From: Candidatus Oxydemutatoraceae bacterium
GTDB lineage: Bacteria; Pseudomonadota; Gammaproteobacteria; Poriferisulfidales; Oxydemutatoraceae
Direction: 5' to 3'
NCBI GenBank assembly: GCA_965220085.1
Contig: CBDCOZ010000003.1
Location: 1,963,667-2,027,666 of the forward strand
Length of the DNA stretch: 64,000 bases
In this document: positions 10,456 through 20,037 of the stretch, in pieces
Layout: every line of letters starts with the position of its first letter
Position numbering within the stretch: position 1 is the stretch's first letter
Translations under genes and position numbers: made by a program
The notes under the pieces: generated by a model
Database searches by the model: none
The model's input: the letters and a program-made list of their open reading frames with translations, nothing else
Told to the model about the DNA's origin: nothing

Positions 10456-11054
10456 CCACTCACCGCGAGGCGCCGTTGTTCGCGGATTGAAAAGGCGGCC
10501 GCTTCCAGAAATGTCGCGACATCGCGGAAAAAATAGGTGCCGGCGGAAGCGTGTTCGGAAATCACGCGCTTTTCCGCCGTCGCGGTCACACGCCCGCGCG
10601 CGTCAATCGCAAGATAGCTGTAGCAGGCATCATCGGCGCGAAACCACGGAATCAAACCCGACGAATCGGCATCCGCCAACCAGACATCGATCTGCTCCGC
10701 GTCCGCATCGTAGATGATATCGGCGAGGTCTATGCACAGCGGCTCCTCCAAGCGCGCGCTGGCCGACACGCCGGCGACGGCGGAAAGCAGCGCCCCGCGC
10801 GTCGGGCTATTCAAATATGCCTTCTGCGCGCCGACAAAACAGCGGTCAAGAAAGCGGGCGATGGCAGCCGATTCGGGCACATCGGCGCGCAATACAAAAA
10901 TCAGGTCGGCGCTCGCCACAACGCCATCGCGCCACCATGGCCGCGATGTCAAAACCCGTTCTATCAGCGGCGTTCCGTCGACTTCCGACAAAGGCTTGAC
11001 GCAACCGTTTGCGCGAACGATATCGGCGCCGGCCAGAGGAACCACGCAGATCAT
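10338..11054 (-). CDS. Sugar-phosphate nucleotidyltransferase family protein (MobA-like NTP_transferase fold)
   Basis: MICVVPLAG…KPL…GTPLIERVL. The start was chosen at the ATGA overlap with the upstream gene's stop. Confidence 0.55.
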   Translation of the reverse strand: MICVVPLAGADIVRANGCVKPLSEVDGTPLIERVLTSRPWWRDGVVASADLIFVLRADVPESAAIARFLDRCFVGAQKAYLNSPTRGALLSAVAGVSASARLEEPLCIDLADIIYDADAEQIDVWLADADSSGLIPWFRADDACYSYLAIDARGRVTATAEKRVISEHASAGTYFFRDVATFLEAAAFSIREQRRLAVSGNLFVCPSFNGLTQADRRVDQFEVKNVNPVSKLFRSPAA

Positions 11055-12535
11055 TGCGACAGGAAATCGATGTGGCGCTTCAGGTCTTGCGGGGCGCCCA
11101 AACCGTGCATCGCGCTCGCCGGCACTTCGTACACGCCGATGTGACAACCGGCGGCAATCGCATGGTTGTAAACCGGGCAGACATAGAACTCGTTGTTGGT
11201 TCTGTCTTCTTTGACGATCATATCCATCGCCGCGGCGAAGAAGTCGCCGGCGGACATGAACAAATAAATGCCGACCGTCGCGAGATCGGAGATGGGTTGC
11301 TTTTCCCGCACTTGGGTAACCAAACCGTTGTCGCTGACACGGGCAAACGACCACTTGGGGTCGCGCGCTTCGTCGCGAAACACAAGAATGGAACCGTCCA
11401 ACTGCCGCTGTCGGCAATCGGCGACAAAAGCGTTTGCATCAAAGTCGACGATCTGGTCGCAGTTCGCCAACAACAATGGCGCGCGCCAATCTATTTTGCG
11501 ATGCGCGCACAACGCGGTGCAAGCGGCCCCCTGCGTCAGACCCGTGATCGGGACGAAGGATGCTTTCCATTTTTGCTCCAGCATATCGACCATATCGGGG
11601 TATGCTTGCAGGTGTTCGCTCTGCGCGATCAGGACGTTATGGCCGTCGGCGACCCGCAGATTATCCATCACCCGCTCGACCATCGTCATGCCTTTGACAT
11701 CTATAAAAGGCTTGGGTTCCTTGTAACCGGCATCGACAAAACGGCTGCCCGCGCCCGCCATCGGAATCAACACCGTCACCGGCAAATTGCCGACGCTCTC
11801 CTCGCGCTTCTGACGGGAAAAACGGCGGTTATACTCCTGCAACTTTTTCGGCGAATAAAAACTGTGGTAACAACTCGCCGGAATGCGATGGAAACCGACT
11901 TTCTTGCCGGCAATGATCAACTGGTTCAAAGAGGGCGCGATATAAAAAGACCCCTCGTGGGTGTCTTGCAGCATGATCATTTGCTTGCTGGCCGCGACGA
12001 AATCGCGCCCTTTGCGGAAATAATAAAACCCGGCGATGGCATCGCGGCTGATCACCCGCTTCTCCGCCGCTTCATTGACCGTCTCCGGCTCATCGCTGCG
12101 GATATAAGACCACCGCGGGTGCGTAGAGGAGAATGTAATCACCCCCGCATCCAGTCGCCGGCTTTCAAAACCGGCGATGATAGCGAGCAAATCCGCGTCG
12201 ATGATCTGGTCGCCGTTGACGATCAACAACGGCTCGTCGTTGTCTATGTGGTCGACCGCCATCATCACCGAGCACACCGCGCCCGCGGTCGGGTAACGCA
12301 ACCCGACGATGATCGGGTCCTCCGCGCACGACATTTTGATCGTCCGATCAAGGCTGAATTGTTCGCACTCCTCGTCGTTGACGATAAATATCCGGCGGCC
12401 CATAAGCGGCGCCAACCCTTTCAATACGGATTCGATCATCGGCGTATCGGTCACCTCGATCAAGGGCTTGGGAAAATGAAACTCGGCGCGAGGAAACAAC
12501 TCGCTGCCGCCGGCGATGGGGATGACGATATTCAT
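11051..12535 (-). CDS. Tandem two-domain nucleotidyltransferase (two NTP_transferase domains)
   Basis: Two copies of the I(P)IAG(G)…KPLI(E/D)V…G.PMIE motif: MNIVIPIAGG and TVLIPMAGAGSRF. Confidence 0.55.
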   Translation of the reverse strand: MNIVIPIAGGSELFPRAEFHFPKPLIEVTDTPMIESVLKGLAPLMGRRIFIVNDEECEQFSLDRTIKMSCAEDPIIVGLRYPTAGAVCSVMMAVDHIDNDEPLLIVNGDQIIDADLLAIIAGFESRRLDAGVITFSSTHPRWSYIRSDEPETVNEAAEKRVISRDAIAGFYYFRKGRDFVAASKQMIMLQDTHEGSFYIAPSLNQLIIAGKKVGFHRIPASCYHSFYSPKKLQEYNRRFSRQKREESVGNLPVTVLIPMAGAGSRFVDAGYKEPKPFIDVKGMTMVERVMDNLRVADGHNVLIAQSEHLQAYPDMVDMLEQKWKASFVPITGLTQGAACTALCAHRKIDWRAPLLLANCDQIVDFDANAFVADCRQRQLDGSILVFRDEARDPKWSFARVSDNGLVTQVREKQPISDLATVGIYLFMSAGDFFAAAMDMIVKEDRTNNEFYVCPVYNHAIAAGCHIGVYEVPASAMHGLGAPQDLKRHIDFLSQ

Positions 12536-13206
12536 CGCGCCTCCTGCGAACGGTTTTGTAGCGCGTTGATGCGGGAGCAAATATGCGGGTAAATCACATC
12601 GCGCACCCCCGCGACCTCCATCACATGGGCGCCGCTGGCGCGGGCGGCGGCGAGACCGCGCTCATTGTCCTCGATGATCAGGCACGCATCGGGCTTGAAA
12701 CCGAATCGCTTCATCGCCGTCAGATACATCTCCGGATCCGGTTTGGGCTTTTGCACATCCTCGTTGGAGAGATAAAAATCCGCATATTCCGTCAGGCCGG
12801 ACAACTCCAGCATCCGCGTCATGGAATCGCGCACCGAATTGGAACAGATCGCAATGCCATAGCCGTCCTGTTTGAGACGGGAAACGGCGTATTGAATGTG
12901 GAAGATCGGATAACATTTTGTCGCCACGATCTGTTGCGTATAACGTTGCTTCAAATCATTCAGAAACCCGTGCAAGGCGCGCGGCAAACCCCTGGTATCC
13001 GACAGCATCTCCAGTTTCTTGCGCGTCGGCAAACCGTCAAACGTCACGAGGTGGTCATCGCGGCTAATCTCCATCCCGAACAACGCCAGCGCTCGATTGA
13101 GCGCTTCGTAATGCCACTCGCGCGCATCGACCAGAACGCCGTCCATGTCAAACAGCACGGCTTTTATTTCAGACATCAAAAAACTCCTTCGCTTGTTGCG
13201 GAAAAT
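12532..13206 (-). CDS. HAD-superfamily hydrolase, subfamily IA
   Basis: Has VLFDMDGVLVD motif I and the downstream HAD motifs. The start was chosen at MSEIK. Confidence 0.75.
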   Translation of the reverse strand: MFRNKRRSFLMSEIKAVLFDMDGVLVDAREWHYEALNRALALFGMEISRDDHLVTFDGLPTRKKLEMLSDTRGLPRALHGFLNDLKQRYTQQIVATKCYPIFHIQYAVSRLKQDGYGIAICSNSVRDSMTRMLELSGLTEYADFYLSNEDVQKPKPDPEMYLTAMKRFGFKPDACLIIEDNERGLAAARASGAHVMEVAGVRDVIYPHICSRINALQNRSQEAR

Positions 13207-13807
13207 CGGTGCACAAAAGTATCGCGGCATGTATTTCTTCGCGCCATAGTTTCCAATTATCCCATACCCGCCGATGTTCGCGACCGTGCAACTCCGGCGA
13301 GACCAAAGCCACGCGCTTGCCGGCTTGCGCATGCGCGCGCAATGCGTCCGGCGTCGCCCAATCCGCGCACAAGGCATCCAGCCAAACTCCCGCCGCCGCG
13401 GCGTAAAAGGCGGGAGTCGGTTCGCAGTCGCTGTGACGGGTATAGACGGGCAGACCCGCATCCAAGTAATGACGCATATCGGGGACCGACATGTCAAAAA
13501 GGAAATAGGCGGCGGGGTCGATTCCCGCCATCGCTTGCGCCACCCGTTCGCACAAGCCGTCGGCTTTGACGTTGAGCGCCAACATTCCCGCTTGCCCGCG
13601 CTCTTTCCATAACGCCACGACATCGGCGAAGGGCAGCGCGGGGCCGACCGGCGCATCGTGGCTCACGACCAGACCGCCGCCGGCATCGCGGATATCGGTT
13701 TCAACGCCGACCCCGGCGGCAAACCCGCGCGCAAAAGCGCCGAGGGTGTTTTGCTCCGCCGCATCGTTCCACCACCCGCGGTGGCTTAGAATCTGAAAAT
13801 CTTTCAT
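13169..13807 (-). CDS. Glycerophosphodiester phosphodiesterase-like (GDPD) protein
   Basis: SHRG…E.D…H motif at the N-terminus. Confidence 0.55.
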   Translation of the reverse strand: MKDFQILSHRGWWNDAAEQNTLGAFARGFAAGVGVETDIRDAGGGLVVSHDAPVGPALPFADVVALWKERGQAGMLALNVKADGLCERVAQAMAGIDPAAYFLFDMSVPDMRHYLDAGLPVYTRHSDCEPTPAFYAAAAGVWLDALCADWATPDALRAHAQAGKRVALVSPELHGREHRRVWDNWKLWREEIHAAILLCTDFPQQAKEFFDV

Positions 13808-13827
13808 CGTCTGTCGGCTCTCTCTTT

Positions 13828-14295
13828 TTACAGTTTGTTAAGGAGTCTCTTTTTTTCCCGCTGCCAGTCGCGCTTGCGCGCATCGGCGCGCTTGTCGTAC
13901 GCGTGTTTGCCCTTGCCGATGCCAAGCTCCAACTTGGCGATATGGCGTTTCCAATAGAGCTTGATCGGCACCAGAGCATAACCTTTTCGCTCGAGCAGGC
14001 CGGTAAGCTTTGCGATCTCACGGCGGGTCAATAACAATTTGCGGGTGCGCGTCGGATCAACTTCGCGCGAAGAGGAGCACCCCGGCGGCGGGGTGATGTG
14101 GGAGCCGATCAGCCACGCTTCGTTGTCCTTGATCAGCGCATAACTCTCTTTGATATGCGCCCGATGATTGCGCAGCCCCTTGACTTCCCAGCCGCACAAA
14201 GCGAGGCCGGCTTCCAGTCGCTGCTCGATATAGTAATCGTGTGTCGCCCGCGCATTGCGGGCAATCAAACTGCCTGCGGTTTTATTATCTTTCAT
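13828..14295 (-). CDS. smpB: SsrA-binding protein
   Basis: Has ARNARATHDYYIEQ…EAGLALCGWEVK…DPTRTRKLLL and the C-terminal basic tail. Confidence 0.9.
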   Translation of the reverse strand: MKDNKTAGSLIARNARATHDYYIEQRLEAGLALCGWEVKGLRNHRAHIKESYALIKDNEAWLIGSHITPPPGCSSSREVDPTRTRKLLLTRREIAKLTGLLERKGYALVPIKLYWKRHIAKLELGIGKGKHAYDKRADARKRDWQREKKRLLNKL

Positions 14296-14369
14296 TATCC
14301 TGATATTATAGAAGCATTACAGCGCACCCAAGAACAAATACCGAATTAAAAACAAACACGGACAACATT

Positions 14370-15746
14370 ATGCTTGGAAACAATCAACAAGTGGCATATG
14401 GCAGAGGACAGTGGTCGTCGCGCCTCACTTTTATTCTGGCGGCGACCGGCTCGGCCGTCGGTCTCGGCAACATCTGGAAATTCCCGTATACGGCCGCCGA
14501 GAACGGCGGCAGTTCTTTCATACTGATTTACCTGGCTTGTATCTTTCTAATCGGGTTGCCGGTCTTGTGTTGCGAGGTGTTGCTCGGACGCCACGGCAAG
14601 CGCAACACGGTCAGCATATTCCGCCGCTTCCGCCGCGACTACGCGACGCCGCTCGGATGGAGCGTCATCGGCTGGCTCGGCATCGCCAGCGGCATCATCA
14701 TTTTGTCTTTCTACAGCGTCATCGCCGGCTGGGTCGCGGCGTATATATTTAAATCCGCCGCCGGCGCGTTTGACAACATGACCGCGGAAGCCATCGGCAA
14801 TATCTTCGGGGCGTTGCTGGAGAACCCCGAGCAACTGCTTCTATGGCATACCGCCTTCATGGTTTTGACCGCGACAACGCTGGCTCACGGCGTGCGCGAC
14901 GGCATAGAGCGGGTTGTCCGATACTTCATGCCGTTGCTGCTCGTCCTCTTAATCGGGCTGGTCACATACAACGCTTTCACCTGGGACATGCAAAGCACCC
15001 TCGCATTCATGTTCTCCTTTGAGCCCGACAAAATCACGGCGGGAGTCATTCTGCGCGCGCTCGGCATGGCGTTCTTTTCGCTGAGCCTCGGCATGGGAGC
15101 GATGATGATATACGGCTCGTACCTGCCGGGCAGCAAACCGATTCTCGGCACCGCATCGGCCATTGTCGTCGCCGATGTCACGGTGGCCTTGCTCGCGGGG
15201 TTTGCGATATTCCCGCTGCTATTTGCCTTTGATCTGAACCCGACCGAAGGCGGCGCCGGACTGATTTTCCAAACCCTGCCGCTGGCGATAGGGCAAATGC
15301 CGGGCGGGCATGTATTCGGTTTCCTGTTCTTCTTCCTGCTGTTGGTCGCGGCCTGGACTTCCGCCCTGTCCCTGCTGGAACCGTTTGTCGCCTGGTGCGT
15401 GGAACACCGCGGCTGGAACCGCTCTGCCGCCGCCATCGCGACCAGCGCGGCGGTATGGTCGCTCGGACTCCTGACCGTGCTCTCTTTTAACGAATGGGAA
15501 GAGGTCACGCTGTTTGACAAAACCATGTTTGGCCTGCTGGACTATGTGAGCAGCAACATCATGCTGCCGGTCGGCGGGTTTTTGATCGTGCTGTTCGCCG
15601 GCTGGGTATTGCCGGCTTCCGTCTTGCGCGATGAAATCGGATTGCGCAACAAGACGTGGCAGAAAATCTGGCAATTCATAGTGCGCTATCTGTGTCCGGT
15701 CGCTATCGTCATCATACTTGTCAATCTGTTGCGAACGGCGGGCTGA
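14370..15746 (+). CDS. Sodium-dependent transporter, NSS/SNF family
   Basis: Has the signature GLGNIWKFPY and 11–12 predicted TM helices. Confidence 0.85.
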   Translation: MLGNNQQVAYGRGQWSSRLTFILAATGSAVGLGNIWKFPYTAAENGGSSFILIYLACIFLIGLPVLCCEVLLGRHGKRNTVSIFRRFRRDYATPLGWSVIGWLGIASGIIILSFYSVIAGWVAAYIFKSAAGAFDNMTAEAIGNIFGALLENPEQLLLWHTAFMVLTATTLAHGVRDGIERVVRYFMPLLLVLLIGLVTYNAFTWDMQSTLAFMFSFEPDKITAGVILRALGMAFFSLSLGMGAMMIYGSYLPGSKPILGTASAIVVADVTVALLAGFAIFPLLFAFDLNPTEGGAGLIFQTLPLAIGQMPGGHVFGFLFFFLLLVAAWTSALSLLEPFVAWCVEHRGWNRSAAAIATSAAVWSLGLLTVLSFNEWEEVTLFDKTMFGLLDYVSSNIMLPVGGFLIVLFAGWVLPASVLRDEIGLRNKTWQKIWQFIVRYLCPVAIVIILVNLLRTAG

Positions 15747-15750
15747 TGCA

Positions 15751-16182
15751 ATGCCCCGGGTATTACGCCGCGCCATCGTTCCCTGCGCGCCGGAGCAAAT
15801 ATACCGGCTGGTCGGCGATGTCAATTCTTACCACGAGTTCCTGCCGTGGTGCCGCGGCGCCGTGACCGAAACGATAGACGAGCATACGGTCGTCGCCAGA
15901 CTCGACATCCGTCAAAACGACATCGCCCTCTCGTTCTCAACGACCAACCGCAACACGCCCTGCGAATCCATACGCATGGAGCTCAACGAAGGGCCGTTCA
16001 AGAAACTGCGCGGCCTGTGGACGTTTGAGCCGCTCGGCAGCGGCGGTTGCGACGTCCGTTTCACGCTCGACTTTGAGGTATCCGGCGCGCTGCATCAGTT
16101 CGCCGCCGAAAAGCTGCTGGGCAAGCTGTCTTCCGCTTTGACCGACGCCTTTGCCAAACGCGCGCGGCAGTTATACGGATGA
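15751..16182 (+). CDS. ratA: Ribosome-association toxin RatA (SRPBCC/polyketide cyclase fold)
   Basis: Sequence similarity to YfjG. Adjacent to ratB, with smpB nearby as in E. coli. Confidence 0.7.
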   Translation: MPRVLRRAIVPCAPEQIYRLVGDVNSYHEFLPWCRGAVTETIDEHTVVARLDIRQNDIALSFSTTNRNTPCESIRMELNEGPFKKLRGLWTFEPLGSGGCDVRFTLDFEVSGALHQFAAEKLLGKLSSALTDAFAKRARQLYG

Positions 16183-16457
16183 ACACCGTCGAAGTCATCT
16201 ACGCCCAAGCGGATGCGCAGAAAAAAGTCACCCTGCGGCTTGAAGACGGCGCCACCGCCGAGGATGCCATCAAACGCTCCGGGCTGCTGACGCTGTTTCC
16301 GCAGATAGACTTGCGCCGCAATCAAGTCGGCATTTACGGACGGCCGGTCGCGCTGAACAAAGTCGTCCGCGCCGGCGACCGGGTGGAAATTTACCGCAGT
16401 CTGCACAAATCGCCCGTCGAACAGCGCCGCGAACGGGCGCGGAGCAGCGGGGCGTAA
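16179..16457 (+). CDS. ratB: RnfH/RatB family ubiquitin-like protein
   Basis: About 92 aa with a VEVIYA…GDRVEIYR pattern. Overlaps the ratA stop. Confidence 0.7.
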   Translation: MNTVEVIYAQADAQKKVTLRLEDGATAEDAIKRSGLLTLFPQIDLRRNQVGIYGRPVALNKVVRAGDRVEIYRSLHKSPVEQRRERARSSGA

Positions 16458-16800
16458 GCGCCGGGCCGGCTCATAGCAACTCTCTGCCGGCATTCGCCAG
16501 CATCCGTCGCAACGCAATCAAAGGCAAACCGATCAAGGCGCTGGGGTCGGCGCTCTCAATGCAAGAACACAATGCGATGCCGAGACTCTCGGAACGAAAG
16601 CTGCCGGCGCACTCCCACGGCGCGTAAGCGCGGGGCCGGCTCATAGCAACTCTCTGCCGGCATTCGCCAGCATCCGGCGCAACTCGATCAAAGGCAAACC
16701 GATCAAAGCGCTGGGGTCGGCGCTCTCAATGCAAGAACACAATGCGATGCCGAGACTCTCGGAACGAAAGCTGCCGGCGCACTCCCACGGCGCGTCGCGA
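16447..16800. repeat. 177-bp direct duplication (2 copies) at the convergent ratB/maf junction
   Basis: 16447–16623 is nearly identical to 16624–16800. Each copy carries the maf C-terminal codons (…[12 protein letters not shown]). Confidence 0.9.
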
Positions 16801-17252
16801 TGCAGATACGCCTTCGCCTCTCCCGCGGAGAAGGAACGGAAGACGACGCGGGTCGGCACATTGACGAACTGCTCGGCGCCGTCGCGCGCGTCCAGAACGC
16901 ACAGACCGGCATGAAAGATGACTTCGCGCCCGGCGCACATCATCAGTTGTTCGCAGGCGCGCTCAAAACCTCCGGGCTTGCCGAAGATGCGATCGCCCAA
17001 AGCCGCCACCTGATCGGAGCCGATAATCAGCGCGTCGGGGAACGCGCTCATCGCCGCCCGCGCTTTTTGTCGCGACAAGCGATCGACCAGTTGCGCCGCT
17101 TTCTCGTCCGCTTGCGGGGTCTCGTCAATGTCGGGCGAGCGGGTCAGAAAATCGTCGGTCAGGCGCGACAACAGCATCCGGCGGCTGCGGGAACTGGATG
17201 CCAATACCAATGGCGGATGAGACTTTGACCGTTTCTGATTCAATTTATACAA
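16641..17252 (-). CDS. maf: Maf-like nucleoside triphosphate pyrophosphatase
   Basis: [15 protein letters not shown]-terminal motif. Divergent from the yceD-rpmF-plsX operon as in E. coli (yceF). Confidence 0.85.
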   Translation of the reverse strand: MYKLNQKRSKSHPPLVLASSSRSRRMLLSRLTDDFLTRSPDIDETPQADEKAAQLVDRLSRQKARAAMSAFPDALIIGSDQVAALGDRIFGKPGGFERACEQLMMCAGREVIFHAGLCVLDARDGAEQFVNVPTRVVFRSFSAGEAKAYLHRDAPWECAGSFRSESLGIALCSCIESADPSALIGLPLIELRRMLANAGRELL

Positions 17253-17260
17253 TAGCCGTC

Positions 17261-17767
17261 ATGATGAACGACAAACTTCCTTCGCGGGTGCGCCCGGCGC
17301 ATCTGATACAAAGCCGGACACGCATCGCCGCTTATGTATTCTGCCATGAATTGCCTAGACTTGCCGATTTATGTCTGTCCGCCGATGCCAAAATCCGGGT
17401 GGCGTTGGAATTTGCAACCGAGCCGGGGAGCAAGCGCCCGCTGGTGACCGTGGAAACCCAAGCGACTTTGGCGTTGAAATGCCAGCGTTGTCTGGCCCCG
17501 ATGGAGCACGAACTCTCGCAGCGCAGCCGCCTGATTATCGCGGAAAATGAGGCGGAGGCGGAAACCATCCCCTTTGCGCGCGATATCGTTATCTGCCGCG
17601 AGGGGCATATCGACCTCAAAAAGTTGGCAGAAGATGAGATTCTGCTGGCCCTGCCGGATATACTGGCGCACAAAAATATGGAACAATGTGACCGACAGAT
17701 GGCACAATATGCGCAGGCGGAAGCAAAACAACGCAAAAATCCGTTTTCGGCTCTAAAGAATTTATAA
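17261..17767 (+). CDS. yceD: YceD/DUF177 large-ribosomal-RNA accumulation protein
   Basis: CxxC…C pattern. Lies upstream of rpmF. The start was chosen to avoid a 5' overlap with maf. Confidence 0.75.
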   Translation: MMNDKLPSRVRPAHLIQSRTRIAAYVFCHELPRLADLCLSADAKIRVALEFATEPGSKRPLVTVETQATLALKCQRCLAPMEHELSQRSRLIIAENEAEAETIPFARDIVICREGHIDLKKLAEDEILLALPDILAHKNMEQCDRQMAQYAQAEAKQRKNPFSALKNL

Positions 17768-17790
17768 TACTTGACTAACAGGAGAAACCA

Positions 17791-17997
17791 ATGGCTGTTC
17801 AAAAGAATCGCAAAACAAGGTCCAAACGCAATATGCGCCGTTCGCACGACGCGCTCGCGCCGCCGACGCTGTCCGAAGACCCGATTACCGGGACCAAACA
17901 CAGACGGCATCACATCAGCGAAGACGGGTTTTATCGCGGACAAGAAGTCATCGCGCAACCCGTTATTGACGACGACGAAGAAAATCAAGAAGCGTAA
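17791..17997 (+). CDS. rpmF: 50S ribosomal protein L32, with an acidic C-terminal extension
   Basis: [22 protein letters not shown] signature. Confidence 0.9.
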   Translation: MAVQKNRKTRSKRNMRRSHDALAPPTLSEDPITGTKHRRHHISEDGFYRGQEVIAQPVIDDDEENQEA

Positions 17998-18027
17998 GGC
18001 GGAGCCCGATATCACAAGGGTCTTTAA

Positions 18028-19047
18028 ATGGGTGCCACAGTAAGCGTTGCAATCGACGCGATGAGCGGGGACAGAGGGCTTGAGGTAACCATTCCCGCCG
18101 CGCTGGACACGCTGAAGCAGTTTGACGATGTGCGACTCATACTGGTCGGCGATGAGAACCGCATCGCCGCCGGCCTCTCGCAGATTGGCGCGGCGCGCGG
18201 CGACCGCCTGCAAACCGTCGCCAGCACGGAAGTCGTCGCGATGGACGAACACCCGGCGACCGCATTGCGCGCCAAGAAAGACTCCTCCATGCGCGTGGCG
18301 ATCGATCTGGTCAAAGAAGGCCGCGCGCAGGCGTGCATCAGCGCCGGCAATACGGGCGCGTTGCTCGCCATCTCCCGCTACTTGTTGCACACCCTCGCCG
18401 GCATAGACCGTCCCGCCATCGCCGCCACCCTGCCGAAGCGATCGGGACAGACGCACATCATGGACCTCGGCGCGAACATAGATTGCAAAGCCGAACACCT
18501 GTTTCAATTTGCCGTCATGGGGTCGGTGTTAGCCGGCGTCGTAGACAACATTGCCAATCCGCGCATCGGGCTATTGAACATAGGCAGCGAGGCAATCAAA
18601 GGCAACGACCAAATCAAAGAAGCGAGCAACCAACTGCAAGACAGCTCGTTAAACTATGTCGGCTATGTCGAAGGCAGCGATCTGCTCAACGATGTCGCCG
18701 ATGTCATCATCACCGACGGGTTTGCCGGCAATGTCGCGCTCAAGACCATGGAAGGCACGGCGAATTTTCTGGCGACCGCATTGAAGGAAAATTTCAAGCG
18801 CAACATCCTGACGCGCGCAGCGGCCATCACCGCCCTGCCGGTATTGAAAACAGTCGCCCGCATCACCGACCCGCGCCGCTACAACGGCGCGAGTTTGCTC
18901 GGTTTGCAAGGCGTGGTGATCAAGAGTCACGGCAATGCGGATAAAATGGCGTTTAAGAATGCGATTGAAATTGCGCGCATAGAAGCGATCAAACAAGTGC
19001 CGCAACAGATAGACCATCAACTGGAGTCCACATTAATCGGCAAGTAA
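18028..19047 (+). CDS. plsX: Phosphate acyltransferase PlsX
   Basis: AIDAMSGD N-terminus and GFAGNV motif. Confidence 0.9.
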   Translation: MGATVSVAIDAMSGDRGLEVTIPAALDTLKQFDDVRLILVGDENRIAAGLSQIGAARGDRLQTVASTEVVAMDEHPATALRAKKDSSMRVAIDLVKEGRAQACISAGNTGALLAISRYLLHTLAGIDRPAIAATLPKRSGQTHIMDLGANIDCKAEHLFQFAVMGSVLAGVVDNIANPRIGLLNIGSEAIKGNDQIKEASNQLQDSSLNYVGYVEGSDLLNDVADVIITDGFAGNVALKTMEGTANFLATALKENFKRNILTRAAAITALPVLKTVARITDPRRYNGASLLGLQGVVIKSHGNADKMAFKNAIEIARIEAIKQVPQQIDHQLESTLIGK

Positions 19048-19049
19048 TT

Positions 19050-19979
19050 ATGGAAATATATTCGCGCATCGCCGGCACCGGCTCCTGTCTTCCAAAACGC
19101 ATCATGACCAATGCCGAGCTCGAGCAACGGGTGCAAACAAGCGACCAATGGATACGCGAGCGCACCGGCATTGAGCAGCGCCACATCGCCGGCGACGACG
19201 AGACGACCTGCGCCCTCGCCTGCCTTGCCGCCGAACGGGCGATGGAGGCGGCGCACGCGCAAGCCGAAGACATAGACCTGATCATTCTTGCGACGACGAC
19301 TCCGGACAAAGTGTTTCCGAGCACCGCCTGCCTGTTGCAAAAGCGCATGGGGCTCGGCGAATGTCCGGCGTTTGACATACAGGCGGTCTGCACCGGATTC
19401 GTATACGCGCTGGACATCGGCAACCGCTTCATCAAAACCGGCGGCGCGCAATGCGCGCTGATCATCGGCGCCGAAGTCATGTCGCGTATTCTTGATTGGA
19501 ACGACCGCTCGACATGCGTGTTGTTTGGCGACGGCGCCGGCGCTGTCGTGCTGCAAGCAAGCGATGAGCCGGGCATCTGCTCAACCCACCTGCACGCCGA
19601 CGGGCGCTATGAGGAACTGCTTCGCGCGGATGACAAAGTGGAAATGAAAGGCAGCGAGGTGTTTAAGATCGCCGTCAGAACGCTGGGGCAGATCGTCGAT
19701 GAAACGCTGCAAGAAAACAACCTCACCGCCGGGGACATCGATTGGCTGGTGCCGCATCAGGCAAACTCCCGCATCCTGGCGGCGACCGCAAAAAAACTGG
19801 ACATGTCTCTTGACCAAGTCATCATGAGCGTCGACAAGCACGGCAACACATCGGCGGCTTCCATTCCCCTGGCTCTGGACGGGGCGGTGCGCGACGGTCG
19901 CATCCGACGCGGGCACAAGCTGTTGCTGGAAGCGTTCGGCGGCGGTTTCACGTGGGGCTCGGCGTTGTTGCGCTTCTGA
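19050..19979 (+). CDS. fabH: 3-oxoacyl-ACP synthase III
   Basis: Active-site Cys in [11 protein letters not shown]. His/Asn residues are conserved. C-terminal GGGFTWGS. Confidence 0.9.
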   Translation: MEIYSRIAGTGSCLPKRIMTNAELEQRVQTSDQWIRERTGIEQRHIAGDDETTCALACLAAERAMEAAHAQAEDIDLIILATTTPDKVFPSTACLLQKRMGLGECPAFDIQAVCTGFVYALDIGNRFIKTGGAQCALIIGAEVMSRILDWNDRSTCVLFGDGAGAVVLQASDEPGICSTHLHADGRYEELLRADDKVEMKGSEVFKIAVRTLGQIVDETLQENNLTAGDIDWLVPHQANSRILAATAKKLDMSLDQVIMSVDKHGNTSAASIPLALDGAVRDGRIRRGHKLLLEAFGGGFTWGSALLRF

Positions 19980-20037
19980 CCCGCGCCGGGCGAACGCGTC
20001 GCGACAGCCCGCGGACGTCGGGCATAATATACAGACT

